Source of the DNA: Microvirga sp.
Lineage (GTDB): Bacteria > Pseudomonadota > Alphaproteobacteria > Rhizobiales > Beijerinckiaceae
Direction of reading: 5' to 3'
DNA: 64,000 nt
NCBI GenBank assembly: GCA_035645535.1
Contig: DASQMJ010000056.1
Coordinates: forward strand, 58,052 to 122,051
A program made the translations under genes and the position numbers. The notes below the pieces were generated by a model. The model was not told where the DNA came from, did no database searches, and saw only the letters and a list, made by a program, of their open reading frames with translations. The stretch's first letter is position 1, and every line of letters starts with the position of its first letter. Shown here in pieces: positions 21,510 through 32,185 of the stretch.

Positions 21510-22100
21510 ATGATGCGCTCCGCGAGCGTCAGCCGTCGCACCGCCGAGACCGATGTCGCCGTGACCGTTGCCCTGGACGGCACCGGCACGGCCGAGATCT
21601 CCACCGGAGTCGGCTTCCTCGACCATATGCTCGAGCTCTTCGCCCGCCACGGTCTCCTCGACCTGACCGTGAAGGTGTCGGGCGACCTGCACGTGGACCA
21701 GCATCATACCACCGAGGATACGGGCATCGCGCTCGGGCAGGCGATCCTGAAGGCACTTGGCGACAAGAAGGGCATCGCCCGCTATGCGGATGTCCACCTG
21801 CCGATGGACGAGACCCTGACCCGGGTCGCCCTCGACGTGTCCGGCCGCCCGTTCCTGGTGTTCCGCACCACGTTCCCGACCGAGAAGATCGGCGCCTTCG
21901 ACACGGAGCTGGTGCGCGAGTTCTTCCAGGCCTTCGCCATGAATGCGGGCCTGACCCTGCACGTGGAGACGCTCTACGGCCTCAACAGCCACCACATCGC
22001 CGAGAGCTGCTTCAAGGGATTGGCACGGGCCTTGCGTCAGGCGGTTGCCGTGGACCCAAGGGAAGAGGGGCGCGTTCCCTCCACCAAGGGCACTCTGTAG
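21510..22100 (+). CDS. hisB: Imidazoleglycerol-phosphate dehydratase
   Basis: [27 protein letters not shown]. Confidence 0.98.
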   Translation: MMRSASVSRRTAETDVAVTVALDGTGTAEISTGVGFLDHMLELFARHGLLDLTVKVSGDLHVDQHHTTEDTGIALGQAILKALGDKKGIARYADVHLPMDETLTRVALDVSGRPFLVFRTTFPTEKIGAFDTELVREFFQAFAMNAGLTLHVETLYGLNSHHIAESCFKGLARALRQAVAVDPREEGRVPSTKGTL

Positions 22101-22114
22101 GAACGAAAAACGCC

Positions 22115-22618
22115 ATGACGACCTTTACCCTGCACCTCCCGCGCGACGCGCGGCCGGGTGACCCGGCGGCATTGGAGCGGGCCGATCTCGTGAAGGACGG
22201 CTTCTCCTGGGGCGCCTTCCTCTTCACCTTCCTGTGGTTCTTCGTGCATCGGCTATGGCTCGCCGGGCTTGGCGTGCTGCTGGTGCTCGTCGCCTTCAAC
22301 CTGGCGCTCGACGCCCTCGGGGTGCACCCGGCCGCGGGCATCCTGGCCCATCTGCTGCTGTCGGTCCTGATCGGCCTGGAGGCCAACAGCCTCCGGCGCT
22401 GGACGCTGGCGCGGCACGGGCGCCCGACTGCCGACGTGGTGTCGGCCTCCGACCGGGACGAGGCCGAGACCAAGCTCGCCGCCCGCTGGCTGGAGCGGGG
22501 CGCCGCCCCGGCGCCCGCCCGCGGCCCCGTTCCGACGCCGGCCCCCATGCCGGCATTTTCCCCCACCCGGACGGAGCCGGTGATCGGCCTCTTCCCCGAT
22601 GCGGAGCGTCCCCGGTGA
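22115..22618 (+). CDS. DUF2628 membrane protein
   Basis: [10 protein letters not shown]...W...HRLW; usual position between hisB and hisH in rhizobia. Confidence 0.8.
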   Translation: MTTFTLHLPRDARPGDPAALERADLVKDGFSWGAFLFTFLWFFVHRLWLAGLGVLLVLVAFNLALDALGVHPAAGILAHLLLSVLIGLEANSLRRWTLARHGRPTADVVSASDRDEAETKLAARWLERGAAPAPARGPVPTPAPMPAFSPTRTEPVIGLFPDAERPR

Positions 22619-23265
22619 GCGTCGCGATCATCGATTACGGCTCGGGCAACCTGCACTCCGCCGCCAAGGCCTTCGAGCGGGCAGCCCGGGAGGCGGGGAT
22701 CGACGAATCCATCGCGGTGACGTCCGATCCGGAGCAGGTCCGGGCGTCCTCGCGCGTGGTGCTGCCGGGCGTCGGCGCCTTCGCGGATTGCCGGCGCGGG
22801 CTCGATGCGGTGCCCGGCATGGTCGAGGCGCTGGAGGAGAGCGTGCACCGGCACGGCAAGCCCTTCTTCGGCATCTGCGTGGGCATGCAGCTCATGGCGA
22901 CCCGCGGGCTCGAGCACACCACGAGCCGGGGCCTCGACTGGATCCATGGCGACGTGAAAGCCATCGCGCCGGAGGACCCGTCCCTGAAGATCCCGCACAT
23001 GGGCTGGAACACCCTGGAGAAGCGTAAGAGCCATCCGGTGCTCGAGGGCATCCCGACCGGGCCGGAGGGCCTGCACGCCTATTTCGTGCATTCCTACGCC
23101 CTGACGCCGCAGGATCCCGGCGACGTGGTCGCCACCGCCGATTACGGCGGTCCGATCACCGCCATCGTGGGCCGGGACAACCTGTTCGGCACCCAGTTCC
23201 ACCCTGAGAAAAGCCAGACTCTCGGCCTCAAGCTCATTGCCAACTTCCTGAGGTGGCGCCCGTGA
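22615..23265 (+). CDS. hisH: Imidazole glycerol phosphate synthase subunit HisH
   Basis: [35 protein letters not shown]. Confidence 0.98.
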   Translation: MSVAIIDYGSGNLHSAAKAFERAAREAGIDESIAVTSDPEQVRASSRVVLPGVGAFADCRRGLDAVPGMVEALEESVHRHGKPFFGICVGMQLMATRGLEHTTSRGLDWIHGDVKAIAPEDPSLKIPHMGWNTLEKRKSHPVLEGIPTGPEGLHAYFVHSYALTPQDPGDVVATADYGGPITAIVGRDNLFGTQFHPEKSQTLGLKLIANFLRWRP

Positions 23266-24029
23266 TCCTGTTTCCCGCCATCGATCTCAAAGAAGGCCGC
23301 TGCGTCCGCCTCGTCCAGGGCGACATGGACCAGGCGACCGTATTCAGCGACGATCCGGCAGCGCAAGCCGCCGCATTCGAGGCCCAGGGCTTCGAATGGC
23401 TGCATGTGGTCGATCTCGACGGGGCCTTCGCCGGAAAACCCATGAACGCCGCCGCCGTGGAGGCGATCCTGAAGCGCGTCCGCATCCCGGTGCAGCTCGG
23501 CGGCGGCATCCGCGACATGAAGACCGTGGACGGCTGGCTGTCGAAGGGCGTGGCGCGCGTGATCATCGGCACGGCCGCCGTGCGCGATCCCGAATTCGTG
23601 CGCGAGGCGGCGCGCCGCCATCCGGGCAAGGTCGCTGTCGGCATCGACGCCAAGGACGGGCTCGTGGCCGTGGAGGGCTGGGCCCAGACCTCGACCCTGA
23701 CGGCCGAGGAACTCGGCCGCCGCTTCGAGGATGCGGGCGTCGCGGCGATCATCTACACGGACATCGCCCGCGACGGCATCCTCAAAGGGCTCAACATCCC
23801 CATGACCCTGGCGCTCGCCCGCGCCGTGTCGATCCCGGTCATCGCGTCCGGCGGCCTCGCCTCCATGGCCGATATCGAGCGCCTGACCCATCCCGACTGC
23901 GCGGTGCTCGGCGGCGCCATCTCCGGCCGCGCCCTCTACGACGGCCGCATCGACCCGGACCAGGCGCTGGCGCTGCTGAGGACGATTCGGTCGGACTCGA
24001 ACCCGAAGGTTTGTCAAGCGCCATCTTGA
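23262..24029 (+). CDS. hisA: ProFAR isomerase HisA
   Basis: [31 protein letters not shown]; GTG start overlaps the hisH stop. Confidence 0.97.
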   Translation: MILFPAIDLKEGRCVRLVQGDMDQATVFSDDPAAQAAAFEAQGFEWLHVVDLDGAFAGKPMNAAAVEAILKRVRIPVQLGGGIRDMKTVDGWLSKGVARVIIGTAAVRDPEFVREAARRHPGKVAVGIDAKDGLVAVEGWAQTSTLTAEELGRRFEDAGVAAIIYTDIARDGILKGLNIPMTLALARAVSIPVIASGGLASMADIERLTHPDCAVLGGAISGRALYDGRIDPDQALALLRTIRSDSNPKVCQAPS

Positions 24030-24054
24030 CATAAGTATCTCGTCCCGTTATGTT
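24026..24054 (+). promoter_or_regulatory. Sigma70-type promoter at the hisA stop, pointing toward the DUF3800 3' end
   Basis: TTGACA (24026-24031), 17-nt spacer, TATGTT (24049-24054). Confidence 0.7.
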
Positions 24055-24060
24055 TTCCTC

Positions 24061-24125
24061 AAGTGGACTGGGGGATGTTCTCGGTCGGCGCCTGGCCTCG
24101 GCTCAACCCGGGGCCTTTCGCTTTT
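24061..24125 (+). ncRNA. Putative small RNA (about 65 nt) associated with the DUF3800 gene
   Basis: Starts 7 nt after the -10 box; hairpin GACTGGGG...TCTCGGTC, then terminator GGCCTCGG-CTCAAC-CCGGGGCC-TTTCGCTTTT abutting the DUF3800 stop. Confidence 0.65.
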
Positions 24126-24868
24126 CAGGGAAAGATCTTCAGTCCCCAGCCCAGGGTCTTGCCTGTCGGGCTTCGGCGAAACTTCTCCGCTATGATCTGT
24201 CTGGTCCTGTTCGGCTGACCCGGTCTCAGGACCCCCAGCCCAATGGGTCGCGCGAACAAATCGGCCAGCTGAAGCCCGGAGGAGTTCGCCTTCTTGTCGA
24301 CGAAGCAGATGTCGAGTTCTTCCATGTGAGCGGAATTGAAATTCCCGCGATCCTTGATCCTGCGGAATTCAAGCTCCAGAACATCGTCTTCCTTGGCCCC
24401 TCTCTTCTCGAACATGCAATGCGTGACCTTTCCTTCCTGCCCCCGTTCGAGCAGAAAGGCATGAGTCCTCTCCATGCAGAACTGAAGCCCGATGTGGTAT
24501 GGATTGCCTGGGGAAGCGTATCTGCGTTTCAGCTTTCTCTTGTCGATGACGCTCGCGATCAGCGTCACGTTCGACGACTGGATGATTCCGGATAATTCAT
24601 CCATGAACTCCGCCCTGAGCGCCTGATTTTGCAGGAATTTGAAGGGAGCCTGCTGCTTCCTGATCTCTCGCTCGTGAAGGATGACCATGTCGTGCCCGAA
24701 CCATCGGAACTTGAACTCCTGAATGGCCGGGACGACTTCGCGGACATAATCCGATTTCCTGAAGATGCAGAAGGCCAGGACGAAGAGCGGGAAGTCTTCG
24801 TTGATCGAAGCGAGATCGTGATCGCCGCTCTCATCAACGTAGATGACATAGTCGGAAAACGATGGCAT
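24125..24868 (-). CDS. DUF3800-family protein (predicted RNase H-like fold)
   Basis: [10 protein letters not shown] at the N-terminus, ILHEREI, GLQLADL near the C-terminus; lower GC; antisense insertion between hisA and hisF. Confidence 0.88.
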   Translation of the reverse strand: MPSFSDYVIYVDESGDHDLASINEDFPLFVLAFCIFRKSDYVREVVPAIQEFKFRWFGHDMVILHEREIRKQQAPFKFLQNQALRAEFMDELSGIIQSSNVTLIASVIDKRKLKRRYASPGNPYHIGLQFCMERTHAFLLERGQEGKVTHCMFEKRGAKEDDVLELEFRRIKDRGNFNSAHMEELDICFVDKKANSSGLQLADLFARPIGLGVLRPGQPNRTRQIIAEKFRRSPTGKTLGWGLKIFP

Positions 24869-24908
24869 TCGGTCCCCAGCGGCCGGTAATCTATTGGTTT
24901 GTTATATC

Positions 24909-25691
24909 ATGTTGAAAGTTCGCCTTATCCCCTGCCTGGATGTCAAGGACGGCCGCGTCGTGAAGGGCGTGCAGTTCGTCGACCTCGTCGATGCCGGCGA
25001 CCCAGTCGAGGCCGCCAAGGCCTATGACGCGGCCGGCGCCGACGAATTGTGCTTCCTCGACATCACGGCGAGCCACGAGGCTCGCGGCATCCTGCTCGAC
25101 GTGGTCCAGCGCACGGCCGAGGCCTGCTTCATGCCGCTGACCGTCGGGGGCGGCGTGCGCACGGTGGAGGACATCCGCCGGCTGCTGCTCGCCGGGGCCG
25201 ACAAGGTGTCGATCAACACCGCTGCCGTGAAGAACCCGGATTTCGTGCGCGAAGCGGCCGAGAAGTTCGGCAACCAGTGCATCGTGGTGGCCATCGACGC
25301 CAAGCGGGTGTCGGGGCAGGGCGAGCAGCCGCGCTGGGAGATCTTCACCCATGGCGGCCGCAACGCCACCGGCATCGACGCCATCGACTTCGCCCGAAAA
25401 GTCGCGGAGCTGGGGGCAGGGGAGCTGCTCGTCACCTCCATGGACCGGGACGGCACCAAGGGCGGCTACGACCTCGCACTCGTGCGCGCCATCGCGGACG
25501 CGGTTTCCGTGCCGGTGATCGCTTCGGGAGGCGTCGGCAACCTCGACCACCTGGTCGACGGCGTGCGCGAGGGCCACGCCAGCGCGGTGCTCGCCGCCTC
25601 GATCTTCCATTTCGGCACCTACACCATCGGCGAGGCGAAGGAGTACATGGCGAAGGCCGGGCTCAAGATGCGGCTGCATCGAGTTCACTAG
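24909..25691 (+). CDS. hisF: Imidazole glycerol phosphate synthase subunit HisF
   Basis: [38 protein letters not shown]. Confidence 0.98.
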   Translation: MLKVRLIPCLDVKDGRVVKGVQFVDLVDAGDPVEAAKAYDAAGADELCFLDITASHEARGILLDVVQRTAEACFMPLTVGGGVRTVEDIRRLLLAGADKVSINTAAVKNPDFVREAAEKFGNQCIVVAIDAKRVSGQGEQPRWEIFTHGGRNATGIDAIDFARKVAELGAGELLVTSMDRDGTKGGYDLALVRAIADAVSVPVIASGGVGNLDHLVDGVREGHASAVLAASIFHFGTYTIGEAKEYMAKAGLKMRLHRVH

Positions 25692-25780
25692 TCATCGCTG
25701 AAACGATACTCAGTAAATCGGCTGGCACGATGATATATTATTTCTTATAGTGACCGGCAGTTTGCTGCTGGTTTCTTTGT

Positions 25781-26146
25781 ATGCTGCGTGCCGCTCGGAT
25801 CTTTGCCGTCACTGTCTTGCTCTCGGTCGGAGCTATCCTCGGTTTTGGCATTCTGATCGCGGCCAGAGATCCCTCTATAGGAAAGCCGTCATTTTACAGG
25901 CAAGACGGGACCAGGATCCTTCTATGCTTCACGGCGAATAATCCACTCCGATTGAGTGTCGAGTTTCGCGATGAAGGCCGCGTCGCTTTGTTTCGAACAC
26001 CACAGGGACAAGATGTTCGCCTGACCTTCGAAGGAGGTTGGTTCCACGACGTCTATTCAGACGGGGAAGTCGAAATCCGGCTCGATCCGGAAGTGTATGT
26101 GACTGGCATCCATCCCGCACCTCTTCGGCCCTGCGAGTGGGAATGA
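25781..26146 (+). CDS. Hypothetical protein with N-terminal membrane anchor/signal
   Basis: 121-aa ORF filling the hisF-hisE gap; lower GC; no recognised family. Confidence 0.55.
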   Translation: MLRAARIFAVTVLLSVGAILGFGILIAARDPSIGKPSFYRQDGTRILLCFTANNPLRLSVEFRDEGRVALFRTPQGQDVRLTFEGGWFHDVYSDGEVEIRLDPEVYVTGIHPAPLRPCEWE

Positions 26147-26201
26147 TTGGTCTTGGCTCCACTTCGGGTTAAGAGGAGGCCAAGTATACGACAGGAAGCC
26201 C

Positions 26202-26522
26202 ATGACCACCTTCACCCTCGACGACCTCGCCCGCATCGTGGCGGCCCGGGCCGCGGCGCCCGCAGCTGAGTCCTATACGGCGAAGCTCCTCGCCGATGGG
26301 CCCGCCAAGGCGGCCAAGAAGCTGGGCGAGGAGGCCGTGGAGGCGGCGCTCGCGGCCGTGCAGGGGGACCGGAAAAACCTCACGGCCGAGGCGGCCGACG
26401 TGCTTTATCACCTTTTGGTCGTGTTGCAGGGGGCCGATATTCCCTTAAATGAGGTGATGGCCGAATTGGAGCGCCGCACCGCGCAATCGGGGCTCGCCGA
26501 GAAGGCCGCGCGCAAGCCATAA
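26202..26522 (+). CDS. hisE: Phosphoribosyl-ATP diphosphatase
   Basis: [27 protein letters not shown]. Confidence 0.96.
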   Translation: MTTFTLDDLARIVAARAAAPAAESYTAKLLADGPAKAAKKLGEEAVEAALAAVQGDRKNLTAEAADVLYHLLVVLQGADIPLNEVMAELERRTAQSGLAEKAARKP

Positions 26523-26538
26523 ACCCAAGGTGGTTCCC

Positions 26539-27519
26539 ATGGACCAACGCAATGCGGCGGCGACGACCCTCGGGACCGAGGACGATCTCTCGCCCTACCG
26601 GGTCTTCCAGCGGGACGAGTGGGCTAGGCTCCGCGCCGATGCGCCGATGACCCTCACCGCCGAGGAGGTGGTGCGGCTGCAATCCCTCAACGATCCGATC
26701 TCGCTGGACGAGGTGGCGGCAATCTACCTGCCCCTGTCGCGCCTGCTCTCCCTCTACGTCGCGGCGACCCAGGGGCTGTTCAAGGCGACGCAGCGCTTCC
26801 TCCTGGCCGAGAAGGAGGAGAAGGTCCCCTACATCATCGGTGTGGCGGGCTCCGTGGCGGTGGGCAAGTCCACCACCGCCCGCGTGCTCAAGGCGCTGCT
26901 CGCCCGCTGGCCCAACACCCCGAAGGTCGATCTCGTCACCACGGACGGATTCCTCCTGCCGAACGCGGAGCTGACGCGGCTCGGCCTGATGGAGCGCAAG
27001 GGCTTCCCCGAGAGCTACGACACCGGCGCGCTGCTGCATTTCCTCGCCGACATCAAGGCGGGCAAGCGCAACGTGCGCGCGCCGCTCTACTCGCACCTGG
27101 TCTACGACGTGGTGCCCGGCGAGGAGACGGTGATCGACCGGCCGGATATCCTCATCGTCGAGGGCCTCAACGTGCTCCAGCCGGCCCGGATGCCCAAGGA
27201 CGGCACCGCGATCCCGTTCGTGTCCGACTTCTTCGATTTCTCGGTCTATATCGACGCGGACGAGGCCGACCTGCACCGCTGGTACGTGAACCGTTTCCTG
27301 CGCCTGCGCCACACGGCCTTCCGCGACCCGCTCTCCTACTTCCGCCGCTATGCGGAGCTGCCCGAGGACGAGGCCATCGCGGTGGCGGACGGGCTCTGGA
27401 ACCGGATCAACCTGGTGAACCTGCGCGAGAACATCGTGCCGACCCGGCAGCGCGCGAGCCTGATCCTGAAGAAGGGTGCGAGCCACCGGATCGAGACAGT
27501 GGCGCTGAGAAGGCTTTGA
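26539..27519 (+). CDS. coaA: Type I pantothenate kinase
   Basis: [30 protein letters not shown]. Confidence 0.97.
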   Translation: MDQRNAAATTLGTEDDLSPYRVFQRDEWARLRADAPMTLTAEEVVRLQSLNDPISLDEVAAIYLPLSRLLSLYVAATQGLFKATQRFLLAEKEEKVPYIIGVAGSVAVGKSTTARVLKALLARWPNTPKVDLVTTDGFLLPNAELTRLGLMERKGFPESYDTGALLHFLADIKAGKRNVRAPLYSHLVYDVVPGEETVIDRPDILIVEGLNVLQPARMPKDGTAIPFVSDFFDFSVYIDADEADLHRWYVNRFLRLRHTAFRDPLSYFRRYAELPEDEAIAVADGLWNRINLVNLRENIVPTRQRASLILKKGASHRIETVALRRL

Positions 27520-27525
27520 CCGGAC

Positions 27526-27870
27526 GTGAGGCGCCTCGTCACCGGATTGGCCGTTCTCAACATCCTGGCACTCGGCGTGACCATGGCGGCAATCTGGCTC
27601 CTCGATCTGAGATCGGCCACCGAGCTGCGCGAGGCTGCCGCCTATGTGGGAATGGGAATGGGCGCGCTCGGGGCGCTGATGTTCATGGGCGCAGCGTCTG
27701 GCTCAGGAGCTTCCACCGGGATGGCCGCAAGCGCAGCGGATCAGCCGAGCAGGATGATGGAGGCGCTCTGGGGCGACCGCACGACAGGCATTTCGACCGG
27801 AGCTCTCTTCGTGGCGGGCGGCTTCATATGGCTCGCGGTCTCGTGGCTGCTGGTCGAGCTGGTGCACTGA
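27526..27870 (+). CDS. Hypothetical membrane protein (3 TM)
   Basis: Hydrophobic ORF starting 6 nt after the coaA stop. Confidence 0.6.
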   Translation: MRRLVTGLAVLNILALGVTMAAIWLLDLRSATELREAAAYVGMGMGALGALMFMGAASGSGASTGMAASAADQPSRMMEALWGDRTTGISTGALFVAGGFIWLAVSWLLVELVH

Positions 27871-27970
27871 CCGAGGCCCGCGACGAAGAGCTCTCCTGAC
27901 GACACCGGCTCGCCCGGCTGCCAACCTTCCGCAATCGTGAGCGTTGTGCTCCTGGAAGATTGGAGGATGC

Positions 27971-28492
27971 ATGGCTACGCAACCGGTCGACGAGAAACTG
28001 AAGCGCAGCGCTGAGCACGCCAAGGAGGCGGCGGCCCAGAGTCAGGAGGCCGCCGAGCAGACTCAGGAAGCGGCCGAGCACACGCAAACGGCGGCGCGCA
28101 CCACGGCCAAAGCCAGCGTGCAGATGAAGGACAGCGCCGACCGGCGCACGGAGCTTGCCGCCAACCGAACGGTCTTCGCGGCGGAGCGGACTTACGCGGC
28201 CTGGGTGCGGACGGGCCTCGCGGCGCTCGCCTCCGGCGTCGGCGCCAAGAAGCTGCTCGAGGGCGTCGTGCCGGACTGGATGGTCGTCTCCACCGGCTCG
28301 ATTCTGGTCCTCTTCAGCGCTTTCTGCTTCGTGGCCGCGGTGTGGCGGCAGCTCTTCACCGGCTCGCAGCCGCCCCAGCCGGATGTGCAGCGGATCCCAC
28401 CCTTCCTGATGGTCTGCTTCAACGGATTCCTGGCCCTGGTCGCGGTCGCAGCCCTCTTCAGCCTCTGGTTCGGACGGACCGGAAGTGGTTGA
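27971..28492 (+). CDS. DUF202 (YidH-like) membrane protein
   Basis: AAERTYAAWVRTGLA motif, 3 TM segments, GGAGG RBS. Confidence 0.85.
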   Translation: MATQPVDEKLKRSAEHAKEAAAQSQEAAEQTQEAAEHTQTAARTTAKASVQMKDSADRRTELAANRTVFAAERTYAAWVRTGLAALASGVGAKKLLEGVVPDWMVVSTGSILVLFSAFCFVAAVWRQLFTGSQPPQPDVQRIPPFLMVCFNGFLALVAVAALFSLWFGRTGSG

Positions 28493-28503
28493 GGGGGCAT
28501 GTT

Positions 28504-28645
28504 CCGTCATTCCGGGCCGCGGAGCGGAGCCCGGAACCCATAGCCGCTATCGTGTCAGAAAAGGCGGAATGCGTCCCGCTCCGTTCTGCAGCCACGCCGT
28601 TCATAGGTTCCGGGGCGCAGCCCGGGAGGCTGCCCGGAACGACGG
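28504..28645. repeat. Alphaproteobacterial palindromic intergenic repeat (REP/MITE-like)
   Basis: Terminal inverted repeat CCGTCATTCCGGG ... CCCGGAACGACGG with internal hairpins, between convergent genes. Confidence 0.7.
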
Positions 28646-28654
28646 CGGGAAAAC

Positions 28655-29656
28655 CTACCCCAACAGCCCTTCCTGGCGGGCGAGATCGAGCAGGCTGGCC
28701 TGCGGGCGGGCGCCGAGATGGCTGATGATCTCCGCCGCCGCGAGGCCGCCGAGGCGGGCGCAGTCGACGAGATCAAGATTCTGGGCGAGGCCTGCCATGA
28801 AGCCGGCCGCGAAGAGGTCGCCGGCGCCGGTGGTGTCGACCACCCGCTCGACGGGGAAGGCCGGCACGGCCTTGGTCTCGCCGCGAGTAACCACGAGGGC
28901 GCCCTCGGCCGAGCGGGTCACGACCCCGAGCACCTTCTCCTCGCGCAGGGCTGCGAGCGCCGTGTCGGCGTCCGACGTGCCGTAGAGGCTCTGCAGCTCG
29001 TGGATGTTGGCGAACAGGATGTCGAGGCTGCCGTCGCGCATGAGCCCGAGGAACTCGTCCCGGTAGCGGTCGACGCAGAAGGCGTCGGAGAGGGTCAGCG
29101 CCACCTTGTTGCCGGCCCCGTGGGCGATCTTCACGGCCTTGCGGAAGGCTTCCTTGGCGGCCGGCGGATCCCAGAGATAGCCTTCGAGGTAGACGATGGA
29201 GGAGGCCTTTACGGTCTCCGGGTTCACGTCGTCGGGAGTGAGGTTCTGGCAGGCGCCGAGATAGGTGTTCATGGTGCGCTCGCCGTCGGGCGTCACCAGG
29301 ATGAAGCTGCGGGCGGTAGCGGGCCCGTCCTCGGCCAGGGCCACGTCGTAGTGCACGTCGATGGCCTTGAGGTCGTGGGCGAAGAGGCGGCCGGTCTCAT
29401 CGTTCTTCACCTTGCCGATGAAGCCGGCCCTTACGCCGAGCGACGCAACGCCCGCGGCCGTGTTGGCGGCCGAGCCGCCCGACACGACGATGGCCGGGCC
29501 CATGTCCGCGTAGAGCTCCTCGGCGCGATCCTCGTCGATCAGCTGCATTGCGCCCTTGTGGACGTTCTTCTTGAGGAGGAAGGCCTCGTCCGTATGAGCG
29601 AGCACGTCAACGATGGCGTTGCCGAGCGTAAGCACGTCGATGCGATTCTGGGACAT
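28655..29656 (-). CDS. PfkB-family (adenosine) kinase
   Basis: GNAIVD, SGGSAANT, DGERTMNTYLG, DTTGAGDLFAAG. Confidence 0.92.
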   Translation of the reverse strand: MSQNRIDVLTLGNAIVDVLAHTDEAFLLKKNVHKGAMQLIDEDRAEELYADMGPAIVVSGGSAANTAAGVASLGVRAGFIGKVKNDETGRLFAHDLKAIDVHYDVALAEDGPATARSFILVTPDGERTMNTYLGACQNLTPDDVNPETVKASSIVYLEGYLWDPPAAKEAFRKAVKIAHGAGNKVALTLSDAFCVDRYRDEFLGLMRDGSLDILFANIHELQSLYGTSDADTALAALREEKVLGVVTRSAEGALVVTRGETKAVPAFPVERVVDTTGAGDLFAAGFMAGLAQNLDLVDCARLGGLAAAEIISHLGARPQASLLDLARQEGLLG

Positions 29657-29825
29657 GAGCAACCGAAGGATTGAGGGAGTTGGCGCGCTTTCGCATCCAA
29701 TAGGGTGCCGGTCAAGCTCAACCATGTCATCGCCGGCGGCTAAAGGGGCCGGGAAGGGGATTCACGGCTCAGTGCTGGAGAAGAGGTCCCGTTCCCGCCG
29801 GGAACGAATGCGACGACTGGGCCGC

Positions 29826-30455
29826 TTAACCCGCTCGTGCCGCCGCGATGGCCTCGCGCTTCTGCGCCAGGGTCATGCCGCCCACATAGGCCTGCATGCC
29901 GATGAGGAAGGACGGGGTGGCGACGAGGCCGAGCGAATTGCCGAGGGTGAAGGCCTCCTTCATCCAGCCCGTGGTGCGGTCCGTGTTCGCCTCCTCCAGG
30001 AGGCGCGCCCGGTCGGCGCCGAGACGCTCGGCCTCCGCCACCGCCCGGTCGCCCGTGACAGTGCCGGGCAGGCCGAAGAGTGCGAGGTGGAGCGGGAGGT
30101 AGCGGTCGGGGCCATGGAGCTGGAGATAGGCGAGCGCCGCCCGGGTCGCCTGGACGGAAGCCGCGCCGAGGACGGCGAAGTTCACCAGCACGTAGGTGAG
30201 GTCCGGCTCGGCCTCCAGCAGGGCCGGCAGGTCCCTGGCCGAGCGTTTGCACCAAGGGCAGTTGTAGTCGAAATACTCGATCAGGATCACGTCCCCGTGC
30301 TTGTGGCCGAGCCGGACGGCGGACGGCAGGGCAAGGGTATCCTCGACGAGTTCGATGGGAACGAGCTGCGGTTCCGGGGCGGTCTGGGCGACGGCCGGAA
30401 CGCTCGCGCCCGACAGGGCAAGGCCGGCGAGGAGGGTTCGGCGGGACAGGATCAT
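29826..30455 (-). CDS. DsbA-family thioredoxin-fold protein with Tat-like signal
   Basis: SRRTLL signal, EYFDYNCPWCK, ATPSF cis-Pro. Confidence 0.88.
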   Translation of the reverse strand: MILSRRTLLAGLALSGASVPAVAQTAPEPQLVPIELVEDTLALPSAVRLGHKHGDVILIEYFDYNCPWCKRSARDLPALLEAEPDLTYVLVNFAVLGAASVQATRAALAYLQLHGPDRYLPLHLALFGLPGTVTGDRAVAEAERLGADRARLLEEANTDRTTGWMKEAFTLGNSLGLVATPSFLIGMQAYVGGMTLAQKREAIAAARAG

Positions 30456-30552
30456 GGACGGCGACTCACGTGAAGTGATGCCTGTGGTGCCCGTCAACCG
30501 TGGCAATAGCAAGATCGCCGCAGGTCGTCTCGCGGGTCCGTGAGGAGAGCCG

Positions 30553-32169
30553 CTAGGCGGTCACGCCCGCCTTCACGGCCTCCACGGCTCTCAGGCTCAG
30601 GGCCGCGATGGTGAGCGTCGGGTTGGCGGTGGCGGAGGTGGGGAACACGGCCGAGCCGAGGATGAAGAGGTTGCGATGGTCGTGGCTGCGCAGGTCGCGG
30701 TCCACCACGGAACTCTTCGGGTCGTCGCCCATGCGGGCGGTGCCGATGATGTGGCCGGCGCCGGCGGCCCCGTCCTGGTGCTGGACGTCCGTCGTTCCGA
30801 GCCGCGCGAAGATCTCCGCGTGGGCCTCGCGGGCGGCCGCGAGCCCGGCCTTCACGTAATCGTCGAGCCGGTAGTGCAGACGGGGCAGCGGGACGCCGTA
30901 CATGTCCTTCTCGGCCGGATCGAGACTGACCCGGTTCTCAGGATCGGGGAGCTGCTCCACGAGGGAGGCGACGCGCACGTGCCGTGACGTGCGGTCCCGC
31001 AGGGCGGCATCGAGGGCCTTGCCGCGCAAGCCCGCGCGGGCGAGGTCCTGCGCCGTGCTGATGGGTGCGTTCGTGGGCCAGGACCAGCCGTCGTTGCCGA
31101 TCTCGACCCGGAAGGCGGGGCGCTCGGCCCGGAACGGGCCGTCGCGCAGGTTCTCGATGCCGGAGGTGGAGAGCGGGCCGCGATAGGGCCAGACCGGCTC
31201 GTTCGTCAGCGCCCAGCTCAGCTGGGTCGGATGGTCCATGAGGTTGCGGCCGACCTGATCCGAGCCGTTGGCGACGCCGCGCGGCATCGCTTCGGATCGG
31301 GAGTTGAGCAGCAGGCGCGGCGTCTCGACCGCGTGTGCCGCAATCACGAAGACCTTCCCGACTGCCCGACCCTCGCTGCCGTCCGGCCGCTTCACCCGGA
31401 TCGCCGCGATCCGCCCGTCCGGGCCGGTCTCGACGAAGGTGGCGGTGGTCCGGTCGTAGAGGGTCGCGCCGCTCTTCAGGGCGCGCTCCACATGCACGGT
31501 GGCGTCGTATTTCGCCCCGACCGGACAGACCGGAATGCAGCTGGAATTGCCGCAGCAGGAGGGGCGTTCGTCCCTGTCCTGCGAGTTGCGGCCCTGGGGC
31601 GTCGCGCGGACCTCGTAGGCAGAGCCCTCCAACGCCCGGGCGAAGGCTTTGTCGAGATAGGTCTGCGGAATGGCCGGCATCGGATAGGGGGTCGAGCGGG
31701 GCGAGCCGAGGGGCTCGTAGGAATTGCCCGACACACCGATCTCGGTCTCGGCGTCGCCGTAGAAGGGCTCCAGGTCCTCGTAGGCAACCGGCCAGTCGAC
31801 CCCGCGGCCGTAGAGGCTCTTGAGGCGGAAATCCGCCGGCACGTGGCGCAGGCAGGTGCCGAGCCAGTGCCAGGTGGTGCCGCCCACCACCTTGACGTAG
31901 GTGCTCTTGAACTTGTCCGGCCCGGCCTGCCGGTACCAGTGGTCGAGATCGTTGGTGATCGGGTGCTCGGCCTGAGGCGTCGGCGGGTAGGGGCATTCGG
32001 GCACCTTGATCAGGGCGTCCCAGTAGCGCTGCGTCGCCTCGGCCCGGTCCACCCTGGCGCCGGCCTCCAGGATGGCGACCCTGACGCCGCTCTCCGCCAG
32101 TTTTGCGGCCAGGATCGCGCCCGCGATCCCCGACCCGACCACGATCACATCGGCCTGAATATCCACCAT
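30553..32169 (-). CDS. GMC flavoprotein, sugar/polyol dehydrogenase large subunit type
   Basis: VVGSGIAG, VGGTTWHW, CCGNSSCIPVCP 3Fe-4S motif, GRNLMDH, NPTLTIAAL. Confidence 0.9.
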   Translation of the reverse strand: MVDIQADVIVVGSGIAGAILAAKLAESGVRVAILEAGARVDRAEATQRYWDALIKVPECPYPPTPQAEHPITNDLDHWYRQAGPDKFKSTYVKVVGGTTWHWLGTCLRHVPADFRLKSLYGRGVDWPVAYEDLEPFYGDAETEIGVSGNSYEPLGSPRSTPYPMPAIPQTYLDKAFARALEGSAYEVRATPQGRNSQDRDERPSCCGNSSCIPVCPVGAKYDATVHVERALKSGATLYDRTTATFVETGPDGRIAAIRVKRPDGSEGRAVGKVFVIAAHAVETPRLLLNSRSEAMPRGVANGSDQVGRNLMDHPTQLSWALTNEPVWPYRGPLSTSGIENLRDGPFRAERPAFRVEIGNDGWSWPTNAPISTAQDLARAGLRGKALDAALRDRTSRHVRVASLVEQLPDPENRVSLDPAEKDMYGVPLPRLHYRLDDYVKAGLAAAREAHAEIFARLGTTDVQHQDGAAGAGHIIGTARMGDDPKSSVVDRDLRSHDHRNLFILGSAVFPTSATANPTLTIAALSLRAVEAVKAGVTA

Positions 32170-32185
32170 GTCGGCCCCCGAGATT

